Source: an uncultured Acidimicrobiales bacterium (GTDB taxonomy: Bacteria; Actinomycetota; Geothermincolia; Fen-727; Anoxymicrobiaceae). From it: a stretch of 64,000 nt of DNA. The DNA lies in assembly GCA_964512645.1 (NCBI GenBank), contig CAZEJS010000001.1, positions 825-64,824 of the forward strand. The letters are read 5' to 3'. The position numbers and the translations under genes were made by a program. The notes beneath the pieces were generated by a model. The model was not told the DNA's origin, ran no database searches, and saw only the letters and a list, made by a program, of their open reading frames with translations. Of the stretch, positions 51,662 to 60,669 are shown piece after piece; positions within the stretch are counted from its first letter, which is position 1, and the number at the start of each line of letters is the position of its first letter.

Positions 51662-52426
51662 TCAACGTTCCAGCAAGCCGTCCATCATCCGCCGTACCGC
51701 CTGGAGGGCGGCCGAATCGGCGCCGATTTCCACCAGCGGTCTCCCCAGCTCGTCCAGCTCGGACACCTCCGGGTCGTCCGGCACTATCCCCGCCAGGTCG
51801 ATGTCGAGTCCCGCCACCTCCGCTGCCACCGCCTCCGACAGCTCGCCCCTCACCCGCGAGAGCACCAGGCGGTAGCGCCCGACACCGATGTCCATCTCCC
51901 GGGCGAGGTCCCTTATCCTCATCGCCGTGGCCAGCCCCCTGTGCGATGGGTCGCTCACTATGAACAGCACATCGACACCGCGGGTGGTGCGCCGGCTGAG
52001 GTGCTCCATTCCCGCCTCGTTATCAATTACCAGATACTGGTAGTTCTTGTTGAGCCTTTCCAGGAACACCCTGAGCATGTTGTTGATCGCGCAGTAACAC
52101 CCCGGGCCTTCGGGCCTGCCCATGCTTATGAGGTCGACGTCCGGCGTCTCGATGAGCGCCTGTTCGATCTGCATTTCCAGGATGTCCTGCTTGGCCATTC
52201 CGGCCGGTATCTGGCCCTTCCGGGTCTTCTCGCTCATCTCTTCGCGGACGGACCCTACCGTACTCTCCAGGCTGAGGCCCAGGGCGAGGTCGAGGTTGCT
52301 GTTGGAGTCCGCGTCGACGGCGAGCACCGGCCCGAGCCCTTTTTCGACCAGGTACTTGACGACCAGGGAAGCGAAGGTGGTCTTGCCCACTCCGCCCTTG
52401 CCGCTGACGGCGAGCACCGTGGTCAA
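51662..52426 (-). CDS. cooC: CODH nickel-insertion accessory ATPase (CooC/AcsF). TTG start overlaps the RACo stop; GTG 52417 is an alternative
   Basis: P-loop AVSGKGGVGKTT, MinD/ParA-type ATPase, 254 aa. Confidence 0.85.
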   Translation of the reverse strand: MTTVLAVSGKGGVGKTTFASLVVKYLVEKGLGPVLAVDADSNSNLDLALGLSLESTVGSVREEMSEKTRKGQIPAGMAKQDILEMQIEQALIETPDVDLISMGRPEGPGCYCAINNMLRVFLERLNKNYQYLVIDNEAGMEHLSRRTTRGVDVLFIVSDPSHRGLATAMRIRDLAREMDIGVGRYRLVLSRVRGELSEAVAAEVAGLDIDLAGIVPDDPEVSELDELGRPLVEIGADSAALQAVRRMMDGLLER

Positions 52427-54399
52427 GCGGTCTCACCCCCGCCGTCCCGGCCCAGCTTCGCGCGCTCTCGCGACTCGGCCAGCCTCTCCATGACCGTCGG
52501 GAACTCCCGCGTATGGGTGTGCGGGAAGAACATCGCCGCCATGTACTGGTCCATGAACTTGGAGCTGGTCGAGAGCTCCAGGTAAGTCATCATCTTGGCT
52601 ATGCGGTCGGCCTCGCCTATCAGGCTCTTGGAGAGGGCCATCAGGTAGCTGCCGAGCAGCGACCCGTTCCCAACGAACTTGATCTTCTCGACGTCGACGT
52701 CCGGGAGCAGCCCGATGATTATCGCCTTGTCTATCTCGAGGTAGCGCCCGAAGGCCCCGGCTATGAGGATCTCCTCCACCATGTCGATGGTCATGCCGAC
52801 TTCCTCCAGGAGGATGTTGATGCCGGCGAAGATCGCGGCCTTGGCCCTCATCAGGTTGTCGATGTCCACGTCGGTTATGACGATGTCACGGTTGGTGCCG
52901 CTCTCGTCGGCCCACGCGAGCACGTACTCCCCGCCAGAATCGCTCCCACGGACCCTGGGCGTGTCCAGCTCGGTGTCGATCTTGCCCCTCTCGTCCATGA
53001 TGCCGGTGAGGAACAGCTCGGCCAGGGTGTCGATCAGCCCGGAGCCGCAGATGCCGATAGGCCGGCGGTTCCCTACGGTGATGATCATCGGCTCGAGCGT
53101 GACCTCGTTGATCCGCACCTGCTCGATCGCCCCCCTGGTGGCCCGCATCCCGTGCTTGACCCCCGCGCCCTCGAACGCCGGGCCGGCGGAGCACGAGCAG
53201 GTCATCAGCCAGTCCTTGTTGCCGAGGGCCATCTCGCCGTTGGTGCCGATGTCGATATAGAGAGTCACTTTCTCGGAATTGAACATCCCCGAGGCCAGCA
53301 CCCCGGCGACTATGTCCCCTCCAACGTAAGAGGCCACGCACGGGGTGCACCGCATGTAGACACCGGAGGCGATGCGGATGCCGATGTTGGAGGCCTTGAT
53401 CCACGGGAAGAACTGGGCCACCGGGATATAGGGGTCAACCCTGATGTAGCGGGGGTCCAGCCCCAGCAGGAGGTGGATCATGGTGGTGTTGCCCGAGATC
53501 ACCAGGTCGGTAATGCTGCAGAACTGCGTGTTCGTCTTCTCCACGACCTGCTGGATCAGGTTCCAGATGGTCTGAACCGCCGCCGACTGGAGCTTCGCCA
53601 GGCCGGTGGAACGCGTGGAATATATTATCCGGCTGATGATGTCCTCGCCGTAAGAGATCTGGCCGTTGTAGTCCGACGCCTCCGCGGTAACCTCGCCGGT
53701 CTGGAGGTCCACGAGCTGGACCGAGACCGTGGTGGTCCCCAGGTCCACTGCGAGCGCCGCCTGGCGCGGGGACGTGTCTCCCTTCTCGATTCGCACCGCC
53801 CTGAGCTCCTGGCCGCGGTCGAGCACCGTCACGGTGACGTCGAAGCTCGAGGCCCTGATGAGCCCGGGCAGCGCCTGGAGCATCGGGAAATCGATAACGA
53901 CGTCCTTCAGGCCGGCCAGGCGAGACAGCTCCCGCTTGATCCTCTCGGAGTCGCTGAGGTTATCTTCCAGTGTCGGCGGATCCATCACCAGGTGGAACTT
54001 GGTGGTGGGAGGGTTGAGCTCCCACTGGGGGAGCCTCTCCGCCCAGTCCTCCGCGGAGAGCGTGTACCCCTTGAGCGGTATCGGGGGACGGCGGGTGAGG
54101 GCGCTCTTGTCGCCCAACTGGGTCTCTATGGGCACCCGGACGTCGGCGTCGCTCTCGATGGTCGCGGAGCAGGCAAGCACGTAACCGCGCTTCACCTCCT
54201 CCTCGGAGAGCTTGGCCGCGAGCTTCTGCTTGACCTCGCCCTTCTCGACGATGACCCTGCACTTGCCGCAGTAGCCCTCGCCCCCGCAGGAAGCGTTGAT
54301 GTGCACGTCCGCCTTCATCGCCGCCCGGAGCAGGTTCTCGCCCTTGTCGACTTCTATGCACCTGTTCTCCGGGTAGAAGCAGACCCTCACTTTTTCCAT
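52423..54399 (-). CDS. Corrinoid-FeSP reductive activase (RACo-like, COG3894): [2Fe-2S] ferredoxin domain + ASKHA ATPase domain
   Basis: ORF 52423..54444. ATG 54399 (MEKVRVCFYPENRC...) is preceded by GGGAGGACGG. Plant-type ferredoxin cysteines (CGGEGYCGKCRV) then an actin-like ATPase core (AVDLGTTTV...). Located inside the acs operon. Confidence 0.8.
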   Translation of the reverse strand: MEKVRVCFYPENRCIEVDKGENLLRAAMKADVHINASCGGEGYCGKCRVIVEKGEVKQKLAAKLSEEEVKRGYVLACSATIESDADVRVPIETQLGDKSALTRRPPIPLKGYTLSAEDWAERLPQWELNPPTTKFHLVMDPPTLEDNLSDSERIKRELSRLAGLKDVVIDFPMLQALPGLIRASSFDVTVTVLDRGQELRAVRIEKGDTSPRQAALAVDLGTTTVSVQLVDLQTGEVTAEASDYNGQISYGEDIISRIIYSTRSTGLAKLQSAAVQTIWNLIQQVVEKTNTQFCSITDLVISGNTTMIHLLLGLDPRYIRVDPYIPVAQFFPWIKASNIGIRIASGVYMRCTPCVASYVGGDIVAGVLASGMFNSEKVTLYIDIGTNGEMALGNKDWLMTCSCSAGPAFEGAGVKHGMRATRGAIEQVRINEVTLEPMIITVGNRRPIGICGSGLIDTLAELFLTGIMDERGKIDTELDTPRVRGSDSGGEYVLAWADESGTNRDIVITDVDIDNLMRAKAAIFAGINILLEEVGMTIDMVEEILIAGAFGRYLEIDKAIIIGLLPDVDVEKIKFVGNGSLLGSYLMALSKSLIGEADRIAKMMTYLELSTSSKFMDQYMAAMFFPHTHTREFPTVMERLAESRERAKLGRDGGGETA

Positions 54400-54552
54400 A
54401 CTGTCACGTCCGTCCTCCCGGCCCGCAGGTGCGCCACCCCGCAACTCGGCAGGTGGCGCACCCTGGCAACGCTCTTCTTCGAAGGCCCCTGCGCCACCAT
54501 GGTCGCGGCCCGATGGCGCATGGCCGCCTGCATCGGTAAGCCTGCGTACCGC

Positions 54553-56268
54553 CTAGAACAGGCCGACAACGCGGCCGCCCTCGACCAGGTCCACCTTGTT
54601 CCCGGCGGGCTCGCTGGGAAGCCCGGGCATGGTCTTCATCTCACCGCAGAGCGGGTAGAGGAAGCCCGCGCCCACCGAGGGCCTGATCTCCCTGATGGGC
54701 AGGCGCCACCCCGTCGGACGCCCCTTCAGGTTGGGATCGTGCGAGAGCGAGAGGTGGGTCTTGGCCATGCACAGGGGCAGGTTGTCGTACCCGGCCTCGG
54801 TGAAACGCTTGATGTCGGCTTCGGCGACCGGCGAGTAATCCACCCCGTCCGCCCCGTATATCTTGGTTGCCACGGTCTCGATCTTCTCCTTGATGGAGCT
54901 GCCGAGGTCGTACAGGTACTTGAAATCTTTGGGCATGTCGCACGCCTTGACGATCGCTTCGGCGGCTTCCTTGCCACCCTCGCCACCCTTCGCCCAGACC
55001 TCGATGGGCTCGCAGAAGTCGGCCCCGGCCTTCAAGGCCAGGTCCTGCACCATCGCGACCTCCTTGTCGGTGTCGGTCGTGCGGCGGTTGACGGTGACCA
55101 CGACCGGCAGCCCGAAGAGCTTCATGTTCTCGATGTGCTTCACCAGGTTCTGGCAGCCGTCCTCGAGGGCGGGCATGTTCTCGGCGGCCTGGAGCTTCTC
55201 GTCGATCTTCTTGCCGGGCTTGGCCTCGAACGCGCCGCCGTGCATCTTGAGCGCCCTCACCGTGCTGGTGATGACCACGCAGTCGGGGGTGATGCCGTAC
55301 TTCTCCAGCACCCTGACCTTGATGTCCATCATCTTCTCGGCGCCGCAGTCCGCCCCGAACCCGCTCTCGGTGAACACGTAGTCGCACAGCTTCACCGCTA
55401 TGAGGTCCTCGACCACCGAGTTATTGCCCTGGGCTATGTTGGCGAACGGGCCGCCGTGCATGAAGCAGGCGTTGCCCTCGAGGGTCTGGATGAGGTTGGG
55501 CATGATCGCGTCCTTCAGCAGGACGGCCATGGAGCCCGCGCACTTGAGGTCGGAGGTGGTCACCGGCTTGCCGTCGTACGTCTGGGCGACGACGATGCGT
55601 GACAGCCTCTCCTTCAGGTCGTCGAGGTTCTCGGCAAGCGCCAGGATGGCCATGACCTCGGAGGCCACGGTGATGTCGAAGCCGGTCTGGCGAGGATAGC
55701 CGTTCTGCTTGCCCCCCAGCCCTACCACGATGTCGCGCAGCGCGCGGTCGCTTATATCGACCACCCTCCGCCAGGAGATCGTCATCGGGTCTATGTTCAA
55801 GGGGTTACCCAGCAGAATGCTGGTGTCTATATACGCCGCGCAGAGGTTGTTCGCCGCGCCTACCGCGTGTATGTCGCCGGTGAAATGCAGGTTCAGGTCC
55901 TCCATGGGCACCACCTGGCTGTATCCGCCCCCGGCGGCGCCTCCCTTGATCCCGAACACCGGGCCCATGCTCGGCTCCCGGATGTTGATGATCGAGCTCC
56001 TCCCGATCTTGTTCATTGCCTCCGTGAGCCCGATCGAGGTGACGGTCTTACCCTCGCCCAGGGGCGTAGGAGTTATCGCCGTGACATCGATGTACTTGGC
56101 GTTCGGGCGGTCTTTCAACCGCTCGATGACGTCGAGGTGGACCTTCGCCTTGTAGTTGCCGTAAAGCTCGAGGTCGTCCTCCTCCAGCCCGATCTTTTTG
56201 GCGATCTCGACAATCGGCTTCATCTTCGCAGCCTGCGCGATTTCGAGGTCACTTGGAACTGCTGCCAT
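54553..56268 (-). CDS. fhs: Formate--tetrahydrofolate ligase
   Basis: 571 aa (SDLEIAQAAKMKPIVEIA, PLGEGKTVTSIGL P-loop). RBS AAGGAGGGG. Confidence 0.95.
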   Translation of the reverse strand: MAAVPSDLEIAQAAKMKPIVEIAKKIGLEEDDLELYGNYKAKVHLDVIERLKDRPNAKYIDVTAITPTPLGEGKTVTSIGLTEAMNKIGRSSIINIREPSMGPVFGIKGGAAGGGYSQVVPMEDLNLHFTGDIHAVGAANNLCAAYIDTSILLGNPLNIDPMTISWRRVVDISDRALRDIVVGLGGKQNGYPRQTGFDITVASEVMAILALAENLDDLKERLSRIVVAQTYDGKPVTTSDLKCAGSMAVLLKDAIMPNLIQTLEGNACFMHGGPFANIAQGNNSVVEDLIAVKLCDYVFTESGFGADCGAEKMMDIKVRVLEKYGITPDCVVITSTVRALKMHGGAFEAKPGKKIDEKLQAAENMPALEDGCQNLVKHIENMKLFGLPVVVTVNRRTTDTDKEVAMVQDLALKAGADFCEPIEVWAKGGEGGKEAAEAIVKACDMPKDFKYLYDLGSSIKEKIETVATKIYGADGVDYSPVAEADIKRFTEAGYDNLPLCMAKTHLSLSHDPNLKGRPTGWRLPIREIRPSVGAGFLYPLCGEMKTMPGLPSEPAGNKVDLVEGGRVVGLF

Positions 56269-56420
56269 TGCCCCTCCTTAAATCCTTGCCATCAGCCCTG
56301 AAAAACCCCCGCCAGGGGGTCGTATCCAACCATGTCGGTCTGTTACCCCGGATTTCTTGTGCGCACCAACCCCTTTCGGTACTGATTCCTCATGGTATGT
56401 AACCTGCGATTTTGCCTGCC

Positions 56421-56449
56421 CACACAAATAAAGCCTCCATGATGGAGGC
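56421..56449 (-). promoter_or_regulatory. Intrinsic-terminator-like hairpin + U-tract inside the fhs 5' leader: candidate riboswitch expression platform / attenuator
   Basis: Minus strand reads GCCUCCAUCAUGGAGGC followed by UUUAUUUGUGUG, about 150 nt upstream of fhs. The AU-rich segment immediately 5' (TTGCAA-N19-TATAAT) could instead be a promoter. Confidence 0.4.
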
Positions 56450-56740
56450 ACAGGCGAGATTATATAGTGTCCATCCATCTTATTGCAAGGGAACCAGGGC
56501 AGGCCCGGAGCCGTTCCCGGCACCGTGCCACGGGGCGCCCCCGGCGATGATCCCGCAGGGGTCCCGCCGGGCGCGGGCGCGACGCCTGGCCCGGCCGAAG
56601 CGGGACGGATTCGGGGCTTCGCGCGAAGGCGTAACCGGGGGGAAGGGGCTCGTTGACTGGGAGGGCCGCCATGTGATTGAGTGGTTGGCGCTGATTTCGC
56701 GTACTTACACTCCGGTGAGACCAAACAGGGGGGCTGAAAA

Positions 56741-58150
56741 ATGGCAGAAGAAGGGAAGTTCGACGTAGTGGTCATCGGGGCCGGTCCAGGCGGGTACCCC
56801 GCCGCGATCAGGGCGGCGCAGCGCGGCGCCAGGGTAGCCATCGTCGAGAAGGAGAAGGTGGGAGGCACATGCCTCAACTGGGGATGCATTCCCACCAAGA
56901 CCCTGCTCGCTTCCACCGAGCTCATCTCCCAGGCAAGGGAGGCCGAGAAGTTCGGCGTCAAGATCACCGGCGTAGAGGCGGACTGGCCGGCGATAATCGA
57001 GCGCAAGCAGAGCGTGACCGACACCCTCGTCGGCGGGATACTCCAGCTGCTCAAGGCGAACGGCATCGAGCTCGTCAACGGCAGCGGACGCATCGGCGCC
57101 GACAGGAGCGTCGTGGTCAAGACCCCCGAGGGGGAGCGGGTCCTGAGCGCGGACAAGATCATCATCGCCACCGGTTCCGACCCCGCGGAGCTGCCTGCGT
57201 TCGACTTCTCGCAGGCGGCGGTCATGACCTCGACCGACGCCCTGGCGCTCGACCACGTCCCGAAAAGCCTCATCATCGTCGGGAGCGGCGTCATCGGCAG
57301 CGAGTTCGCCTGCATCTTCTCCACCCTCGGCACGGAGATAGTCATGCTCGAGCTGATGGACCGAATGCTGCCGACCGAGGACAGCCGGGTCGCAAAACAG
57401 ATGAAGAGCACCTTCCGCAAACAGGGCATAGACGTCCGCACCAAGACGACGGTGGAGGAGGTCCTGGAGTACCGGCCCGACGGCATCCGGGTCAAGCTCT
57501 CCACCGGTGACGAACTGGAGGCGGAGAAGCTGCTCGTCTCCATCGGGAGGAAGTTCAACTCCGCCGGTCTCGGCCTGGACGAACTCGGGGTCGAAACCGA
57601 CGAGCGCGGCCGCATCGTTGTTGACCAGACGATGGAGACCACCGTTGACGGCATATACGGCGTGGGAGACGTGGTTGGCGGCATCCTGCTTGCCCACACC
57701 GCGACGTTCGAAGGCCTGGTGGCGGCGGAAAACGCCACCGGGGGCAACGCCACGATGAACTACCACGTGGTGCCCGCGTGTATTTTCACCACGCCGGAGA
57801 TCGGCAGCGTCGGCATCAACTCCGACAAGGCGGCCGAACAGGGCATCGACGTCAATATCAGCAGGTTCTCCTTCGGAGCCCTGGGCAAGGCCCTGGCCAT
57901 GGGAGAGGACTACGGGTTCGTCCAACTGGTCATAGACGCCAAGACCGACAGGGTCCTGGGCGCCCAGATCATGGGGCCGCACGCGTCGGACCTGGTGCAC
58001 GAGGTGGCCGTCGCGATGCACATGGGCGCTACCGCAGGTGACATCGCCGGGACCATACACGCCCACCCTTCGCTCCCCGAGGCGATCATGGAAGCGGCGG
58101 AGGCGGCCCACGGCAAGGCGATACACGTGGCGCCCCCCAGGAAGAAGTAA
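56741..58150 (+). CDS. lpdA: Dihydrolipoyl dehydrogenase (E3)
   Basis: 469 aa (GGTCLNWGCIPTK redox disulfide, HAHPSLPE dimer-interface His-Pro-Glu). Divergent from fhs. Confidence 0.9.
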   Translation: MAEEGKFDVVVIGAGPGGYPAAIRAAQRGARVAIVEKEKVGGTCLNWGCIPTKTLLASTELISQAREAEKFGVKITGVEADWPAIIERKQSVTDTLVGGILQLLKANGIELVNGSGRIGADRSVVVKTPEGERVLSADKIIIATGSDPAELPAFDFSQAAVMTSTDALALDHVPKSLIIVGSGVIGSEFACIFSTLGTEIVMLELMDRMLPTEDSRVAKQMKSTFRKQGIDVRTKTTVEEVLEYRPDGIRVKLSTGDELEAEKLLVSIGRKFNSAGLGLDELGVETDERGRIVVDQTMETTVDGIYGVGDVVGGILLAHTATFEGLVAAENATGGNATMNYHVVPACIFTTPEIGSVGINSDKAAEQGIDVNISRFSFGALGKALAMGEDYGFVQLVIDAKTDRVLGAQIMGPHASDLVHEVAVAMHMGATAGDIAGTIHAHPSLPEAIMEAAEAAHGKAIHVAPPRKK

Positions 58151-58213
58151 GCCGGCCTCTACCAGGACCGGCCAGACAAGGAAACGCGGGCCGCGGGGGC
58201 CGGCCGTGACGGC

Positions 58214-58939
58214 TCAGGAAGCGGTAAGGCCGTCTTCGCCGGTCCCGCCGTCGCCGTCCCGGGCCGCCCCGGAGGTCCGGGAGGAAGCCTCGGCGAACTC
58301 CACGGTCAGTTCGGACACCATCTCTTCCCGCCCGGCGAGGAAGTGGTCCGTCGAGGGCAGTACCATCGTGTTCGCTGAGTCGCGCTCGCCGGCGGCGCCG
58401 GTGAAAGCCCGGAGGGATTCGAGCGGGCAGAGGCGATCATCGGCGCCCGCTATGTAATGCCGCTCGACGGTCGAGGCGGCGATGGCTGGCGCCGCGCTTC
58501 GCCAGTCGTAGAGCGCCAGGGGCGGGGAAACGGCGACGCAACATGCGGCTTCAAGCCCCTCCCCCAGGGCCAGCAACGCCATCCATGCGCCGAACGACCA
58601 CCCGGCAACGGCCAACTTCGACGGGTCGACCTCCCCCAGTCCCCGCACGAACCCGCACGCGGCGGCCACGTCGCACGGCTCATCGAGGCCGTCGGTAAAG
58701 GCGCCGGAACTCCTCCCGACGCCGGCGAAGTCGAAGCGCAGGACCGCGAATCCCGCCCTTGACGCCCTGGTCTCCATCGTCTCCAGCAGGCCGACATCCA
58801 TGGAACCCCCGCCCGCGGGGTGGGGGTGGCACAGGACCAGACTCCTCCCGCCGGCACACCTGTCCGGCAGCGCCAGCAGTCCCCGGAGCTCCACCGCTCC
58901 GCCGGGTCTCGGGGATTCGAACCTCACCTCATAACGCAT
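58214..58939 (-). CDS. Alpha/beta-hydrolase fold protein (dienelactone-hydrolase-like)
   Basis: 241 aa with nucleophile elbow GWSFG. Catalytic Asp/His candidates are present near the C-terminus. Confidence 0.6.
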   Translation of the reverse strand: MRYEVRFESPRPGGAVELRGLLALPDRCAGGRSLVLCHPHPAGGGSMDVGLLETMETRASRAGFAVLRFDFAGVGRSSGAFTDGLDEPCDVAAACGFVRGLGEVDPSKLAVAGWSFGAWMALLALGEGLEAACCVAVSPPLALYDWRSAAPAIAASTVERHYIAGADDRLCPLESLRAFTGAAGERDSANTMVLPSTDHFLAGREEMVSELTVEFAEASSRTSGAARDGDGGTGEDGLTAS

Positions 58940-58997
58940 CCGTCCACCTTTCGACCGCGGGGACCGCCCCGGTCGAGCGCCTTCCGACGGCCACAGC

Positions 58998-59405
58998 TCA
59001 GAACTTCACCTTGATGAGCTGCAGGGGGCAGGCGTCCACGCAGAAACCGCACAGGATGCAGCGGTCCCTGTCGAGCACCAGTTCCCAGTCCGGCGCCCCG
59101 ACCTTGAGCGCCCGGGGCTGGCAGACGGCGGTGCAGGCGCCGCACGAGATACAGAGCTTGTCGTCGAGCTCGATGTCCCTTATGGCATCCTCGACCTGGA
59201 CCCCCAGCTCCTGGAGGTGCCGCACCCCCGCCTTGATGCGCGCCGCCGGCCCCTCCAGCTCGACCAGCATGCGCCCTATCTCGCCCTCGCTTATCTCCGC
59301 GCGCAGGATGTTGGTGATCACGTCGTAGTCCCTGACCATCATCGCCACCACCGGCCTCTCCACGACCTCGGGAGGGAATGTCAGCACGAGCCTCTTCTTC
59401 GCCAT
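58998..59405 (-). CDS. NIL-domain / 2x[4Fe-4S] ferredoxin protein (homocysteine-biosynthesis partner, MA1822-like)
   Basis: 135 aa. N-terminal NIL-like region, then CISCGACTAVCQP and CILCGFCVDACP. Start abuts the stop of the DUF39 gene. Confidence 0.75.
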   Translation of the reverse strand: MAKKRLVLTFPPEVVERPVVAMMVRDYDVITNILRAEISEGEIGRMLVELEGPAARIKAGVRHLQELGVQVEDAIRDIELDDKLCISCGACTAVCQPRALKVGAPDWELVLDRDRCILCGFCVDACPLQLIKVKF

Positions 59406-60572
59406 CTACTCCCCCTCCCCGGTCCGAATCTCCAGCGGGAGCGTAACCCCACCGGACGGGAGCGGCTCCACAGGCGCGGTCAGCAGGAACGCGCCTTCCC
59501 GGATCCAGGCCTTCAGGTTCGCCGCTATCTGCCGGGCCACCTTGTAGCTGGAGAGCGGCGCCGTGGGGACTTTCCTGTCCCCCAGCCGCACCGACCCGCT
59601 CCGGAGTTCCGCGTAACTGACCCGCCGCAGCGGCTCGCGAGCCCTCGTCGGCTGGCTGTAGTCGAAGACCGAGGTCTCGATTTCGGAATCGGCCACCCCG
59701 GTAAACGCCGCCATCTCTTCGTCGAGCACCGGTATGGGGATTCCCACCCCGACGTAAAGCGTCACGCCGTAGCGGTGAAACCTGGCACCTCTGATGAACC
59801 TGGAATCCATCTGCTTGAGGTCGCCGATGAGGGCGAGGCTCGCGGCGGGGCCAACCGGGGTGCCCCCCGGCGAACGCTCCACGCTTCCCTTGTGCTGGGT
59901 CCCCTGCCAGGCCACGTACCCCGCGGTTCCGCCGAGGAATATCCTGGTGCCGACACCGACGGCCCTGTACAGCGGGTCGTTGAGCAGAGGGCTCATCTGG
60001 CCCGCGCTGCAGTAGGTGACGCTGCCGAAGTTCGGCAGCAGGACTCCCATGTAAGTGTAGATCGTCCGCTGTGAGCCGTTGGTAGCGGAGGCGTAGTTCT
60101 GGTAGGCGTTGCGCGGATTGAACAGGTAAGCCTGGTTCACGGTATCTTTGCTCACCAGGGTCTCTATCTCCTTGCGGGGATAGCAATCCGTGCCGTAGGC
60201 AGAGGCCCGCAGCCTTATGCTCTTTCCCTCCACCAGGTCCTGTATCACGTGCGCGCCGCCGTAGGCGATCCCCTCGGTCTCGGAGCTGGCGGTGGCCCCT
60301 ACGTACGCGTCGACGGCGGCGAGGTCGGCGCAGACGGGGACGTCGTTCAGCCAGACCCTCGACATCTTGATCGGGGGCTCGCTGTGGCCGAAGTTGATGA
60401 ACGCCCCCGAGGAACACATGGGCCCGAACGTCCCGGTAGTCACGACGTCCACCCGGCGCGCGGCCTTCCGTGCGCCCTCGGACTTCACGATCTCCGTCAT
60501 CTCGTCGGCGGTGACGACGACGGCCTCGCCTTTCCTGATCCTCTCGTTTATCTCCTCGTACGTCTTGACCAC
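59406..60572 (-). CDS. DUF39 / COG1900 family protein (sulfide-dependent homocysteine biosynthesis, MA1821-like)
   Basis: ORF 59406..60773. Probable GTG start at 60572, 6 nt after the strong SD GGAGGGAGGTGGG, gives (M)VKTYEEINERIRKGEAVVVTADEM, the canonical COG1900 N-terminus. The upstream 60 codons are junk-like. Confidence 0.75.
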   Translation of the reverse strand: MVKTYEEINERIRKGEAVVVTADEMTEIVKSEGARKAARRVDVVTTGTFGPMCSSGAFINFGHSEPPIKMSRVWLNDVPVCADLAAVDAYVGATASSETEGIAYGGAHVIQDLVEGKSIRLRASAYGTDCYPRKEIETLVSKDTVNQAYLFNPRNAYQNYASATNGSQRTIYTYMGVLLPNFGSVTYCSAGQMSPLLNDPLYRAVGVGTRIFLGGTAGYVAWQGTQHKGSVERSPGGTPVGPAASLALIGDLKQMDSRFIRGARFHRYGVTLYVGVGIPIPVLDEEMAAFTGVADSEIETSVFDYSQPTRAREPLRRVSYAELRSGSVRLGDRKVPTAPLSSYKVARQIAANLKAWIREGAFLLTAPVEPLPSGGVTLPLEIRTGEGE

Positions 60573-60669
60573 GAGCCCACCTCCCTCCGGCGGTGTTGAT
60601 GTGTCCATTCTAGCCGAACCGGCCCGGCCGCCGGAGGCTCCCGGGTACGACTCGGCGGAGGGCCCGCAT

